This document shows, piece after piece, positions 1 to 8,642 of a DNA stretch of 64,000 nt. Numbering within the stretch: the stretch's first letter is position 1; every line of letters starts with the position of its first letter. The position numbers were made by a program, and so were the translations under genes. Location: contig CAVQUB010000005.1 of NCBI GenBank assembly GCA_963716725.1, forward strand, positions 608,001 through 672,000, in the 5' to 3' direction. The notes beneath the pieces were generated by a model. The model was not told the DNA's origin. It saw nothing but the letters and a program-made list of their open reading frames with translations, and did not search any database. This DNA comes from an uncultured delta proteobacterium (GTDB taxonomy: Bacteria > Myxococcota_A > Polyangia > Polyangiales > Polyangiaceae).

Positions 1-1
1 A

Positions 2-154
2 CGGGCCGCGACCGCCGAGTCCGTCCACGCGGACGCCAAAACGCACCGCGGGCTCGACTCGCTGACCCTGCGGGGACGGGGCAAGGCTCTCGCCAGCGTG
101 ACGCTCTTCGCGCTCACGTACGACATCCTGCGCGCCATCACGCTCGGCGTCTGA
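2..154 (+). mobile_element. C-terminal end of an IS1182-family-like DDE transposase, truncated by the window edge
   Basis: Frame 2 reads RAATAESVHADAKTHRGLDSLTLRGRGKALASVTLFALTYDILRAITLGV*. This resembles the R..TAE.V.A..K..RG....LRG..K......LFALTYN.LR C-terminus of IS1182 transposases. It is absent from the ORF track because it has no start codon. Confidence 0.7.
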
Positions 155-271
155 CCCCTCCACCGCTCTGCTTCCGCGCTCGGACCACCCGAATCGCGTC
201 GCGCCCCACGCGCTCCCGCCCTGCGCCTGGGACTCGCCCTCGCTCGATCCCCCGGCGGCGCATGCTCAACC

Positions 272-290
272 GATTTCTTCTCACCCGCTC
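272..290 (+). repeat. Putative right terminal inverted repeat of the IS1182-like element
   Basis: gatttcttctcacccgctc (revcomp GAGCGGGTGAGAAGAAATC) lies ~120 bp after the transposase stop and ends at the narK stop codon. The partner repeat is outside the window. Confidence 0.4.
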
Positions 291-1671
291 AGCAGGGGTG
301 TGGGCAGCCCTTGCGCGTGTAGTACCACCAGTTGATGGCCACCGCGACGACGTAGAAGATGGAAGCGCCGATGAAGAACGGCACCGCCGACTTGATGCCC
401 GTGGAGGCGTGGGTGGACGCGATGACCTCGCCGATCGCAATCGCGAAGAAGAACGGACCATAGGCAGCGACCGCGGACGTCCACCCCAGCACTTGCGCAC
501 CCTGGCGGGGGCTGTGGGCGAAGATCAGCGGGAACTGGCGGAAGGTCGAGGCGTTGCCGACGCCCGAGAAGAAGAAGATGGCCAGCATCAGACCGACGAA
601 GGTGCTGAAGCTGTCGAGCGAGGTGGGGGCGATGGCGCCGGTGAACCAGAGCGCGCCGCTGCAGACGATGAGTCCGATCCCAGCGAGCTGGGTGAGGATG
701 GCGCCGCCGACTTTGTCCGCTACGAATCCGAAGAGCACCCGCATCGCGGAGCCGATGAGCGGGCCGTAGAAGGCGTACTTGAGCGGATCTGGCGCGTTCG
801 GAAAGCCGCCGTAGAGGCTCTTGATCATCATCGGGAACGCGGCTGCGAAGCCAGCGAAGGACCCAAAGGTCATCACGTAGGTGATGGTGCAAAACCAGGT
901 GTGCTTGTTCTTGAAGATGTCGAGCTGTTCGCGGAACGAGGCCTTCACCGGCACGGAGCGCAGCCCGAACCAACAGGCGACGCCGGTGATCACGAGCAGC
1001 GGTACGTACCAATAGACGCCGTTCTGAAGCCACATGTCGCTGGTCTTCCCGGCCTTGGTGAAGGTCTGCGGCGATCCAGAGACCGCGCCGAGCGCCGCGA
1101 CTCCGACGATCCACGGGGTGACGAACTGGGTGAGGCTGACGCCGAAGTTTCCGATGCCGGCCTGAATGCCGAGCGCTGCACCCTGGAGGCGCTTGGGAAA
1201 GAAGAGGCTGGTGCTCGGCATGTGGGACGAGAAGTCTCCACCGCCGAACCCCGCCAGGAACGAGAAGACCATGAACACCCAGTACGGAGTGTCGAGGCTG
1301 ACCACCGCCATGCCGAGGCCAACGCAGGGGATGATCTTCAGGAAGGTCGCGACGCTGATCACCTTCCTAGTGCCCAGGATGGGGATCAGGAACGTGTGAA
1401 TGATGCGGAAGGAGCCGCCGGCGAGTCCCGGCATGGCAGCGAGCCAGAACAGCTCTCGCTCAGTGAACTTGAAGCCAATGGCGGGGATGCGTACGACGAG
1501 CGCGCTGACCACGAACCACGTGGCGAAGGAGAGCGTCAGCGCGATGGTGGTCAGGATCAGCGTACGCCACGCGATCTTGCTGCCTGTGCGCTCCCAGAAC
1601 CCCTGGTCTTCAGGCGTCCATTCCTTCAGCCAGTCGCCGTCGGTCTGGGGCTTGCTCGCTTCAGCGCTCAT
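289..1671 (-). CDS. narK: NarK-family nitrate/nitrite MFS transporter
   Basis: WTPEDQGFWE..G.KIAWRTL N-terminus, nitrate signatures AGFGGGDFSS and SGVGNASTF, ~12 TM segments. Start set at MSAEASK, which follows a GAGGAG RBS. Confidence 0.9.
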   Translation of the reverse strand: MSAEASKPQTDGDWLKEWTPEDQGFWERTGSKIAWRTLILTTIALTLSFATWFVVSALVVRIPAIGFKFTERELFWLAAMPGLAGGSFRIIHTFLIPILGTRKVISVATFLKIIPCVGLGMAVVSLDTPYWVFMVFSFLAGFGGGDFSSHMPSTSLFFPKRLQGAALGIQAGIGNFGVSLTQFVTPWIVGVAALGAVSGSPQTFTKAGKTSDMWLQNGVYWYVPLLVITGVACWFGLRSVPVKASFREQLDIFKNKHTWFCTITYVMTFGSFAGFAAAFPMMIKSLYGGFPNAPDPLKYAFYGPLIGSAMRVLFGFVADKVGGAILTQLAGIGLIVCSGALWFTGAIAPTSLDSFSTFVGLMLAIFFFSGVGNASTFRQFPLIFAHSPRQGAQVLGWTSAVAAYGPFFFAIAIGEVIASTHASTGIKSAVPFFIGASIFYVVAVAINWWYYTRKGCPHPC

Positions 1672-1779
1672 GGGATCATCTCCTCTCGGGCCGGCCCCTA
1701 CTTGCCCCAGCCCCCTTACGTGGGGCTTACAGCACAAAACGCGCAACTCTTGCGGTCCGGGCGGGCGTAGAGTCTCGGG

Positions 1780-3351
1780 ATGACCGCCCGGGATTTGGCA
1801 GCGTTTCTCGCCGATCTTTCTGGGTTCGTCGGTCAAGCGCACGTCTCAGCCGCCCCCGAGGAGCTCTCGCGCCTCGGCACCGCGACCTTCGCGACCGTCG
1901 CGCGCGTCCTCGGCCGGGTCGCGCCGGGCACCGGCGCCGAGGTGCGCGAGATCCTGCTTCGAGCCGCCCGAGCGAAGGTCCCGGTCTACCCGGTGAGCTG
2001 CGGGAAGAACTGGGGACTCGGCTCGCGCGTGCCACCGACCGACGCGGTCGTGCTCGATCTCGGACGCTTGAACCGCATCCTCGACTTCGACGAAGAGCTA
2101 GCGACGGTCACCCTAGAACCGGGAGTGAGCTTCCGGCAGCTCCATCGCTTCTTGTGCGAGCGGCAGTCTCGCCTGTTTGCGGCGACCACCGGCGGCAGCC
2201 CGGACGGAAGCGTGATCGCCAACGCCCTCGAGCGAGGCGACGGCTCGGGCCCGAATGGTGACCGCGCGCTGTACATCGCCGCGCTCGAGGTCGCGCTCAC
2301 CACCGGCGAGGTCCTGCATACGGGTTTCGATCGTTTCGACGGTGCCAGCGCGGCCCGCCTGCACCGCTTCGGCGTCGGACCCGCCCTCGATGGCCTATTC
2401 ACCCAATCGAACCTGGGCGTCGTCACCCGAGCCACCATCTGGCTCTCGCCGCTACCGCGCTTCCTGGCAGCGGTGCGGTTCTCAGTGCGCAGCGACGACC
2501 AGCTCGCCCCGCTGATCGACGCCGTCCGCCGCTTGCGCCTCGACGGGACCTTGCGTTCACCCGTCGGCATCTGGAACGACTACCGCGTGCTCTCGGTGGC
2601 GGAGCGCTACCCCTTCGAGCGCACGCAGGGTGTGACGCCGCTGCCTCGGGAGGTGCTCGCGGAAAAGAGCGCGGCCTTCGGCGGGAACCGTTGGCTGGGT
2701 TTGGCGTCGATCTACGCCGGCAGCCGCAAGCTCGGGGAGGCCGCGGTCGATCACGTCGAAGCCGAGCTCCGTCCCTGCGTGGACTCAATCGACATTGTGG
2801 CCAACAGCGGCGATCCGCGCGCAGGGCGGGAGCTCTTCCCCAGCACCGATCCCGCGTTTGCGTTCTTGCAGGGCGTGCCCCACGAGCAGAGCCTCCGCAG
2901 CCTGTATTGGCGCAAGCCCAGCGCTCCCGCCGGCGAGTTGGATCCGGACGCCGACCGGGTGGGGGCACTGTGGGTGTGCGCAGCCCTGCCGCTCCGCGGC
3001 GACGTCGTGCGTCGTGCGACGGAGCAGGCCGAAGCTTGCATGCTCGAGCACGGGTTCGAACCGTTGGTGGCGTTGCTCTGCCATACGGAGCGCACGCTGC
3101 AGCTCTTGCCGATGATCGTTTACGACCGCGACCAAACCGGCGCCGACGCCCGCGCGCTCGCGTGTCACGATGCGCTCTTGGCCGACCTCGCCGCCGCGGG
3201 CCATCACGCCCAGCGTCTCGCGCTGCCCGCGATGGGCGCCCTGCCCGCGCCGCGGGACGACTTTGACGTGGTGCTGGGGCGCCTGAAGCGCGCGTTCGAT
3301 CCCCAAGGCGTCCTGGCGCCGGGGCGTTACGATCGCGGATCGTCCGGATAG
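1780..3351 (+). CDS. FAD-binding oxidoreductase, VAO/p-cresol methylhydroxylase flavoprotein family
   Basis: PVSCGKNWGLGS, LEPGVSF, GSVIANALERGDG, GLFTQSNLGVVT and C-terminal LKRAFDPQGVLAPGRY motifs. Confidence 0.85.
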   Translation: MTARDLAAFLADLSGFVGQAHVSAAPEELSRLGTATFATVARVLGRVAPGTGAEVREILLRAARAKVPVYPVSCGKNWGLGSRVPPTDAVVLDLGRLNRILDFDEELATVTLEPGVSFRQLHRFLCERQSRLFAATTGGSPDGSVIANALERGDGSGPNGDRALYIAALEVALTTGEVLHTGFDRFDGASAARLHRFGVGPALDGLFTQSNLGVVTRATIWLSPLPRFLAAVRFSVRSDDQLAPLIDAVRRLRLDGTLRSPVGIWNDYRVLSVAERYPFERTQGVTPLPREVLAEKSAAFGGNRWLGLASIYAGSRKLGEAAVDHVEAELRPCVDSIDIVANSGDPRAGRELFPSTDPAFAFLQGVPHEQSLRSLYWRKPSAPAGELDPDADRVGALWVCAALPLRGDVVRRATEQAEACMLEHGFEPLVALLCHTERTLQLLPMIVYDRDQTGADARALACHDALLADLAAAGHHAQRLALPAMGALPAPRDDFDVVLGRLKRAFDPQGVLAPGRYDRGSSG

Positions 3352-3372
3352 TTCAGCGGTTTCTGCCGAAGC

Positions 3373-3405
3373 GACATCCGTCATGGGCCTGATGCCCGTC
3401 ATGGG
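3373..3405 (+). promoter_or_regulatory. Tandem imperfect boxes, possible CRP/FNR-family operator upstream of the hemerythrin gene
   Basis: gacatccgtcatggg and gatgcccgtcatggg repeat with 18-bp periodicity. The second contains TGAT-N4-GTCA. Confidence 0.3.
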
Positions 3406-3440
3406 TCGTCGGCGTGTGCGGCCGGCATCCTGGTCGAGTC

Positions 3441-3878
3441 ATGAAGATCACCGAGGGCCTCCTGGGCGAGCACGCGCTTTCGTACGCGATCTTCGACCAG
3501 GTCGAGGCCAATGCCGAGACCGCGTGCTCGCTCGTCGAGATCGCGGCCATCGGTCGGGTCGTGGCGGGCGCCGTCGCCAGCCACATGGCGCTCGAGGACG
3601 AGGTGCTGTTTCCGGCGCTGGTCGAGGGTGGCCAGAGCAGCGGCGCGCTCGACGTGCTCAGAGCCGAGCACATGGAGATCGGGCTCTTGACCGGGGCCGT
3701 CAGCGCTTCCACCACCCTGGAGGAAGGGCGCGGTGTGTTGCTGCGCCTGCTCTACACGCTCAGGGAGCACTTCGCGAAAGAAGAGCAAGTGCTCTTCCCG
3801 ATCTGCGAGCGCACGCTGGGCGAGCAAGCGCTGAGGGATCTCGGCGAGCACTGGGCTCGACGGCGCGGGCTGACCTGA
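3441..3878 (+). CDS. Hemerythrin HHE domain protein
   Basis: Repeated HHE pattern: EH ... HMALEDEVLFP ... EHMEI ... HFAKEEQVLFP. Confidence 0.85.
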   Translation: MKITEGLLGEHALSYAIFDQVEANAETACSLVEIAAIGRVVAGAVASHMALEDEVLFPALVEGGQSSGALDVLRAEHMEIGLLTGAVSASTTLEEGRGVLLRLLYTLREHFAKEEQVLFPICERTLGEQALRDLGEHWARRRGLT

Positions 3879-3908
3879 GGGTTGCCCGCGCTGCTCGCGA
3901 CCAGGCGA

Positions 3909-4760
3909 TCAGGGCGGGAGAGGGATGCAGGCGACGCTCATGGGCGCTCCGTGCAGCACGCTGCGTGAGACCGATCCCTGCCAGAGGCGTGCGATGCCGG
4001 CGCGCTGGTGAGTGCCAACGACGAGCAAGTCGACGTTGGACTCTTCTGCGAGCAACCTGAGATGGCTGTCCACGCGGCCCCACCCGGGCTTCACCATGAA
4101 CGCCGCCCGGCCCGACGCTTGTCCGATGCTTGCCCACTCTTCGAGGCGGGAGCGGAGCGATTGCTCCAGCTCGGGCCGCAGGTGATCGAGGGGGATCGGT
4201 GCGGCGAGTCCGGCGCGGTTGTGCTCATCGGCGGGCCAGACGATTTGCGCGACGAGCAGCTCAGATGGCCCGATGACCTCCAGCCCGCGTGCCCAGGCAA
4301 GTGCCGCCTGCGATTCGGTCGTGAGCTCGACGCCAACCATCACGCGCAGCGCGCCGTCTCCTCGGGCCCAGGCCTCGAGCTTCGATCCGTCGCGCACCAC
4401 CAGCACCGGAACGCTCGATGTCTGCGCGACACGTTCGGCAACGCTGCCGAGCGTCCAGCGGCTCTGCTTGCGCGCGCCGATCGGGCCGACGACGAGCAGG
4501 CGAGCCTGCAACTTGCCGGCGAGCCCCACGAGTGCCTCGTCCGGAGCGCCGGCCTCGGTCATCGGAGTCACTTCGATGCCGAATTCCTCGCGGAGCGCTC
4601 CGGCGACGGCGTCGAGCGACGTCGTCCCACCATCAGGTTCCTCGGCCGCTCTCACCCGCACGAGGCTCAGGCCACGACCCAAGCGCCTCGCGATCGCGGC
4701 GGCCACTCGGGCAGCCCGGGCGGCGCTGTCCGACAGATCCGTGCCGCAGACGACGGTCAC
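3909..4760 (-). CDS. Tandem-domain universal stress protein
   Basis: VVCGTDLSDSA ... LGSVAERV ... VPVLVV, then a second domain LLVVGTHQR...GSVSRSVL. Its GTG start overlaps the terC stop (GTGA). Confidence 0.85.
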   Translation of the reverse strand: MTVVCGTDLSDSAARAARVAAAIARRLGRGLSLVRVRAAEEPDGGTTSLDAVAGALREEFGIEVTPMTEAGAPDEALVGLAGKLQARLLVVGPIGARKQSRWTLGSVAERVAQTSSVPVLVVRDGSKLEAWARGDGALRVMVGVELTTESQAALAWARGLEVIGPSELLVAQIVWPADEHNRAGLAAPIPLDHLRPELEQSLRSRLEEWASIGQASGRAAFMVKPGWGRVDSHLRLLAEESNVDLLVVGTHQRAGIARLWQGSVSRSVLHGAPMSVACIPLPP

Positions 4761-5719
4761 GACTCCAGCCCTTTCGCCGGGGGCGGCGCCTGCTCGGCGG
4801 GAGCCCGTCGCAGCATCGAGGCCAAGATCGAGCCCCCGAGCAAGGCGACGATAGCGAGCAAAGAGGCCAAGATGGGGATCTTGTACACACCGGCCACGAG
4901 CATCTTCACTCCAACGAACACCAGCACCAACGACAGCCCGATCTTCAGGTAGTGGAACTTCCCCATCATGCCGGCGAGCGCAAAGTAGAGGGCACGCAGG
5001 CCGAGGATCGCGAAGATGTTCGAGGTGTAGACGATGAAGGGATCGGTCGTCACCGCGAAGATGGCGGGGATCGAGTCGACGGCGAACACGATGTCGGTCG
5101 CCTCGATGGCGACCAAGACCAGGAGCAACGGTGTCGCGTAGCGCTTGCCCTTCTCGACGACCGTGAACTTCCCGCCGCGGTAATCCGATACCGAGGGCAC
5201 GAAGCGCCGGAAGAGGCGGAAGAGCGGGTTCTTCTCGGGGCGCACCTCGTCGTCGCGCTGCAGCAGGAGCTTGACGCCCGTGAACACCAGGAACCCGCCG
5301 AAGACGTAGATGACCCAGTGGAATCTCTGGAGCAGCGCGGCGCCGAGCACGATGAAGATGGCGCGCATGACCAACGCGCCGAGGATCCCCCAGAACAGCA
5401 CGCGGTGCTGGAGGTTCGCGGGAACGGCGAAGACCGCGAAGACGACGATGAAGACGAATATGTTGTCGACCGAGAGCGCCTTCTCGATGACGTAGCCGGT
5501 CAGGAACTCGAGGGCGCGCTGCGAACCGAACCAGGCATAGACGCCTAGGTTGAAGACGAGCGCCAGGGAGACCCAGACGCCAGTCCAGATCAGCGCCTCG
5601 CGGACACTCACTTCGTGCGCCTTCTTGTGGAAGACGCCGAGGTCGAGGGCCAGCATCACGAGCACGAACAACGTGAACCCCAGCCACAGTGTCGGTGTGC
5701 CGATGCTGTTGACGCCCAT
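4757..5719 (-). CDS. terC: TerC/Alx-family membrane protein (Mn/pH homeostasis)
   Basis: GYVIEKALSVDNIFVF, QHRVLFWGILGALVMR, DIVFAVDSIPAIFAVT and TSNIFAILGLR motifs. Confidence 0.93.
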   Translation of the reverse strand: MGVNSIGTPTLWLGFTLFVLVMLALDLGVFHKKAHEVSVREALIWTGVWVSLALVFNLGVYAWFGSQRALEFLTGYVIEKALSVDNIFVFIVVFAVFAVPANLQHRVLFWGILGALVMRAIFIVLGAALLQRFHWVIYVFGGFLVFTGVKLLLQRDDEVRPEKNPLFRLFRRFVPSVSDYRGGKFTVVEKGKRYATPLLLVLVAIEATDIVFAVDSIPAIFAVTTDPFIVYTSNIFAILGLRALYFALAGMMGKFHYLKIGLSLVLVFVGVKMLVAGVYKIPILASLLAIVALLGGSILASMLRRAPAEQAPPPAKGLES

Positions 5720-5812
5720 GCGCAGCCTTTCGTGGTCGAGGCCCTCTGGCTCGCCCGCGGATGTTTAGGCTCGGAGTGACCATTCGGCCATTAGCAAATT
5801 ATGGATCCACCG

Positions 5813-5827
5813 TTCGGTTTAACCGAA
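5813..5827. promoter_or_regulatory. Palindromic LysR-type operator between the divergent terC and nhaR genes
   Basis: ttcggtt-t-aaccgaa is a perfect 7-bp inverted repeat fitting T-N11-A in an AT-rich spacer. A weaker ttcgg half-site lies at ~5783. Confidence 0.6.
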
Positions 5828-5842
5828 GTAGGATCCCGGGCC

Positions 5843-6742
5843 GTGGAATGGCTCAACTACCACCACCTGCTCTATTTCTGGGTCGTGGCCCGGGAGGGCA
5901 GCCTGTCCCGGGCGGCCGCGGAGCTGCGTCTGGCTCAGTCCACGGTGAGTGCGCAGGTTCGCTCCCTCGAAGAGTCGCTGGGCGAGAAGCTCTTCGTTCG
6001 CAGCGGCCGGCGGCTGGTGCTCACCGAGATGGGACGCATCGTCTTCCGCTACGCGGAAGAGATCTTCTCTCTCGGCCGGGAGCTGCGCGATGCCGTCAAG
6101 GGCAGACCGGTCGGAAGACCGCTGACCCTTTCGATCGGTGTCGCCGACGTCGTCCCGAAGCTAGTCGCGCGTCGGCTGATCGGGCCCGCGCTCGAGCTCC
6201 CCGAACCAGTTCGTCTGGTCTGTCGGGAAGGCAAGCCCGAGTCGTTGCTCGCGGACTTGGTGGTGCACAACCTCGATCTCGTCCTCCTGGACGCGCCCGT
6301 CGGACCCTCGATTCGCATCCGCGCCTTCAGCCATCTTCTGGGCGAATGCGGCGTGGTGTTGTTCGCGACGGCCGAGCTGGCCGCGGCTCACCGCCGGGGC
6401 TTTCCCAAATCGCTGGATGGCGCGCCAATGCTCCTGCCCACCGAGAACACCACGCTCCGGCGGTCCCTCGACCACTGGTTCGCATCACGCGGCATCCGGC
6501 CCAAGGTCGTGGGCGAATTCGAGGACAGCGCGCTGCTCAAGGTGTTCGGTCAGACTGGGCTCGGCATCTTCCCGGCGCCCGCGGTCATCGCGAAGGAGGT
6601 CGAGCGCCAGTATCAAGTTCGGCGGGTCGGCCGCCTCGATCAGGTGCGCGAGCGTTTCTTCGCCATATCCGTCGAGCGTAAGCTCAAGCACCCGGCGGTG
6701 GTGGCGATCAGCGAATCGGCGCGCCAGAAGCCCTTCGGGTGA
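5843..6742 (+). CDS. nhaR: LysR-family transcriptional activator, NhaR type
   Basis: WLNYHHLLYFW N-terminus, GVADVVPKL, GEFEDSALLKVFG and ISVERKLKHPAV motifs. GTG start chosen. Confidence 0.88.
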   Translation: MEWLNYHHLLYFWVVAREGSLSRAAAELRLAQSTVSAQVRSLEESLGEKLFVRSGRRLVLTEMGRIVFRYAEEIFSLGRELRDAVKGRPVGRPLTLSIGVADVVPKLVARRLIGPALELPEPVRLVCREGKPESLLADLVVHNLDLVLLDAPVGPSIRIRAFSHLLGECGVVLFATAELAAAHRRGFPKSLDGAPMLLPTENTTLRRSLDHWFASRGIRPKVVGEFEDSALLKVFGQTGLGIFPAPAVIAKEVERQYQVRRVGRLDQVRERFFAISVERKLKHPAVVAISESARQKPFG

Positions 6743-6761
6743 TGCCCTGGAAGCCTTCGCT

Positions 6762-8588
6762 TCAAACGCTGCGCTCCTCGTCGCGGCGCGGGCGCCGGTT
6801 GGTGTCGAGGACGCGCTTTCGCACCCGGACCGCGTCCGGCGTCACCTCGACCAACTCGTCCTTGTCGATGAACTCCATGGCCGTGTCGATGCTGAGCAAG
6901 TGAGGCGGCGAGAGGATCACGTTCTCGTCCCGGCCCGCGGCGCGGATGTTGGTCAGCTTCTTCTCGCGCGTGACGTTCACGTCGAGGTCGTTGGCGCGGT
7001 TGTGCTCGCCGACGATCATGCCCTCGTAGACCTCGGTGCCCGGGTCCATGAACAAGACCCCGCGCGGTTGCAGGTGGAAGAGCGCGTAGGGGGTCGAGCC
7101 GCCAGCCCGATCCGAGACGATGGCGCCGTTGGCGCGGCGGAGCATCGGTCCTCGGTAGGGCTCCCAGCCCTCGAACAGCGTGTTGAGCAGACCCATGCCC
7201 CGAGTCTCGGTGAGGAAGGACGAGCGGAAGCCGATCAAGCCGCGCGACGGCACGATGTACTCCATCCGGGCCCGGCCGAAGCCGAGGTTCGACATCTTCA
7301 CCATCTGGCCCTTGCGCTCGCCCAGCCGGGTGGTCACTGCGCCGACGAACTGCTCGGGCACGTCCACCACCACACGCTCCACGGGCTCCATCTTCTGCCC
7401 GTCGACATCGCGCACCACCACCTCGGGCATGCCGAGGGCAAACTCGTAGCCCTCGCGACGCATGGTCTCGGCCAAAATCGCCAACATCAGCTCGCCACGC
7501 CCGTAGACCAAGAAGGTGTCCGGCTCCGGGGTGTCCTCGAAGCGAAGCGCCAGGTTCCTCTTCGACTCTTTGATCAAGCGCTCGCGCACGTGGCGCGAGG
7601 TGACCCACTTGCCGGCGCGCCCGGCGAAGGGCGAGGAATTCACCAAGAAGCTCATCTTGATGGTCGGTTCTTCGACCTGGATGCGCGGCAGCGGGTTCGG
7701 GTGCTCGGGGTCCGCGACGGTGTCGCCGATCTGCACCTCCTCCATGCCGGCGATGGCCACGATGTCACCCGCGGAGACCTTGGTCGCTTTGACGCGTTTG
7801 GTCCCCTCGAAGGTGAACACGCTGGAGAGACGACAGCGCGTCTGGCCGGTCTCTTGCAGCAGCACGATGTCGTCGTTCACTTCGACGGCACCTTGCCAGA
7901 GGCGCCCGATGGCGAGCCGGCCGACGTACTCGTCGTGCTCGATGTTGTGAACCAAGAGTTGAAGGGGCAACTTCGGGTCGCCGCTGGGGCCCGGAACCTT
8001 GCCGATCAGCGTGTCGAAGAGCGGCTTCAAATCCGTGCCTTCGTCCTCGAGCTCGTGCTTGGCGATGCCGAGCTTGCCGATGGCGTAGAGGGTCGGGAAG
8101 TTGGTTTGGGCGTCGCTGGCCTCGAGCTCGCAGAACAGGTCGAAGACCTCGTTCAGCACGTCGTCCGGGCGGGCGTCTTTTCGATCGATCTTGTTGATGA
8201 TCACGATCACGACCAGCCCCAGCTCGAGGGCCTTCTTGAGCACGAAGCGAGTCTGGGGCAGCGGCCCCTCCGCGGCGTCCACCAGCAAGATGGCGCCGTC
8301 TGCCATCTTGAGCGTGCGCTCGACCTCGCCGCCGAAGTCCGCGTGGCCGGGCGTGTCGATGATGTTGATCAACACGTCCCCGCAACGAACGCTGGCGTGC
8401 TTGGCCAAGATGGTGATGCCGCGCTCCCGCTCGAGATCGTTCGAGTCCATGATCCGCTCGGCGACGATCTCGTTCTGGCGGAACACGCCGGTCTGTCGGA
8501 GCATGGCGTCCACCAGGGTGGTCTTGCCGTGATCGACGTGCGCGATGATGGCGACGTTGCGCACGTCGGGGCGGATGGGAGTGCTCAT
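6762..8588 (-). CDS. typA: Translational GTPase TypA/BipA
   Basis: RNVAIIAHVDHGKTTLVD, DTPGHADFGGEVER, GRGELML and KKLTNIRAAG motifs. Confidence 0.97.
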   Translation of the reverse strand: MSTPIRPDVRNVAIIAHVDHGKTTLVDAMLRQTGVFRQNEIVAERIMDSNDLERERGITILAKHASVRCGDVLINIIDTPGHADFGGEVERTLKMADGAILLVDAAEGPLPQTRFVLKKALELGLVVIVIINKIDRKDARPDDVLNEVFDLFCELEASDAQTNFPTLYAIGKLGIAKHELEDEGTDLKPLFDTLIGKVPGPSGDPKLPLQLLVHNIEHDEYVGRLAIGRLWQGAVEVNDDIVLLQETGQTRCRLSSVFTFEGTKRVKATKVSAGDIVAIAGMEEVQIGDTVADPEHPNPLPRIQVEEPTIKMSFLVNSSPFAGRAGKWVTSRHVRERLIKESKRNLALRFEDTPEPDTFLVYGRGELMLAILAETMRREGYEFALGMPEVVVRDVDGQKMEPVERVVVDVPEQFVGAVTTRLGERKGQMVKMSNLGFGRARMEYIVPSRGLIGFRSSFLTETRGMGLLNTLFEGWEPYRGPMLRRANGAIVSDRAGGSTPYALFHLQPRGVLFMDPGTEVYEGMIVGEHNRANDLDVNVTREKKLTNIRAAGRDENVILSPPHLLSIDTAMEFIDKDELVEVTPDAVRVRKRVLDTNRRPRRDEERSV

Positions 8589-8642
8589 GCTTGGCGCGCG
8601 GACCTAGCGCAAAGCACCCGGCGCGTCCAAGCCGATGAGCGA

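Noticed and set aside
3909..5783. 624-aa ORF suggesting a TerC-USP fusion
   Set aside because: The upstream part is an alternate frame over terC. The USP begins at GTG 4760, overlapping the terC stop.
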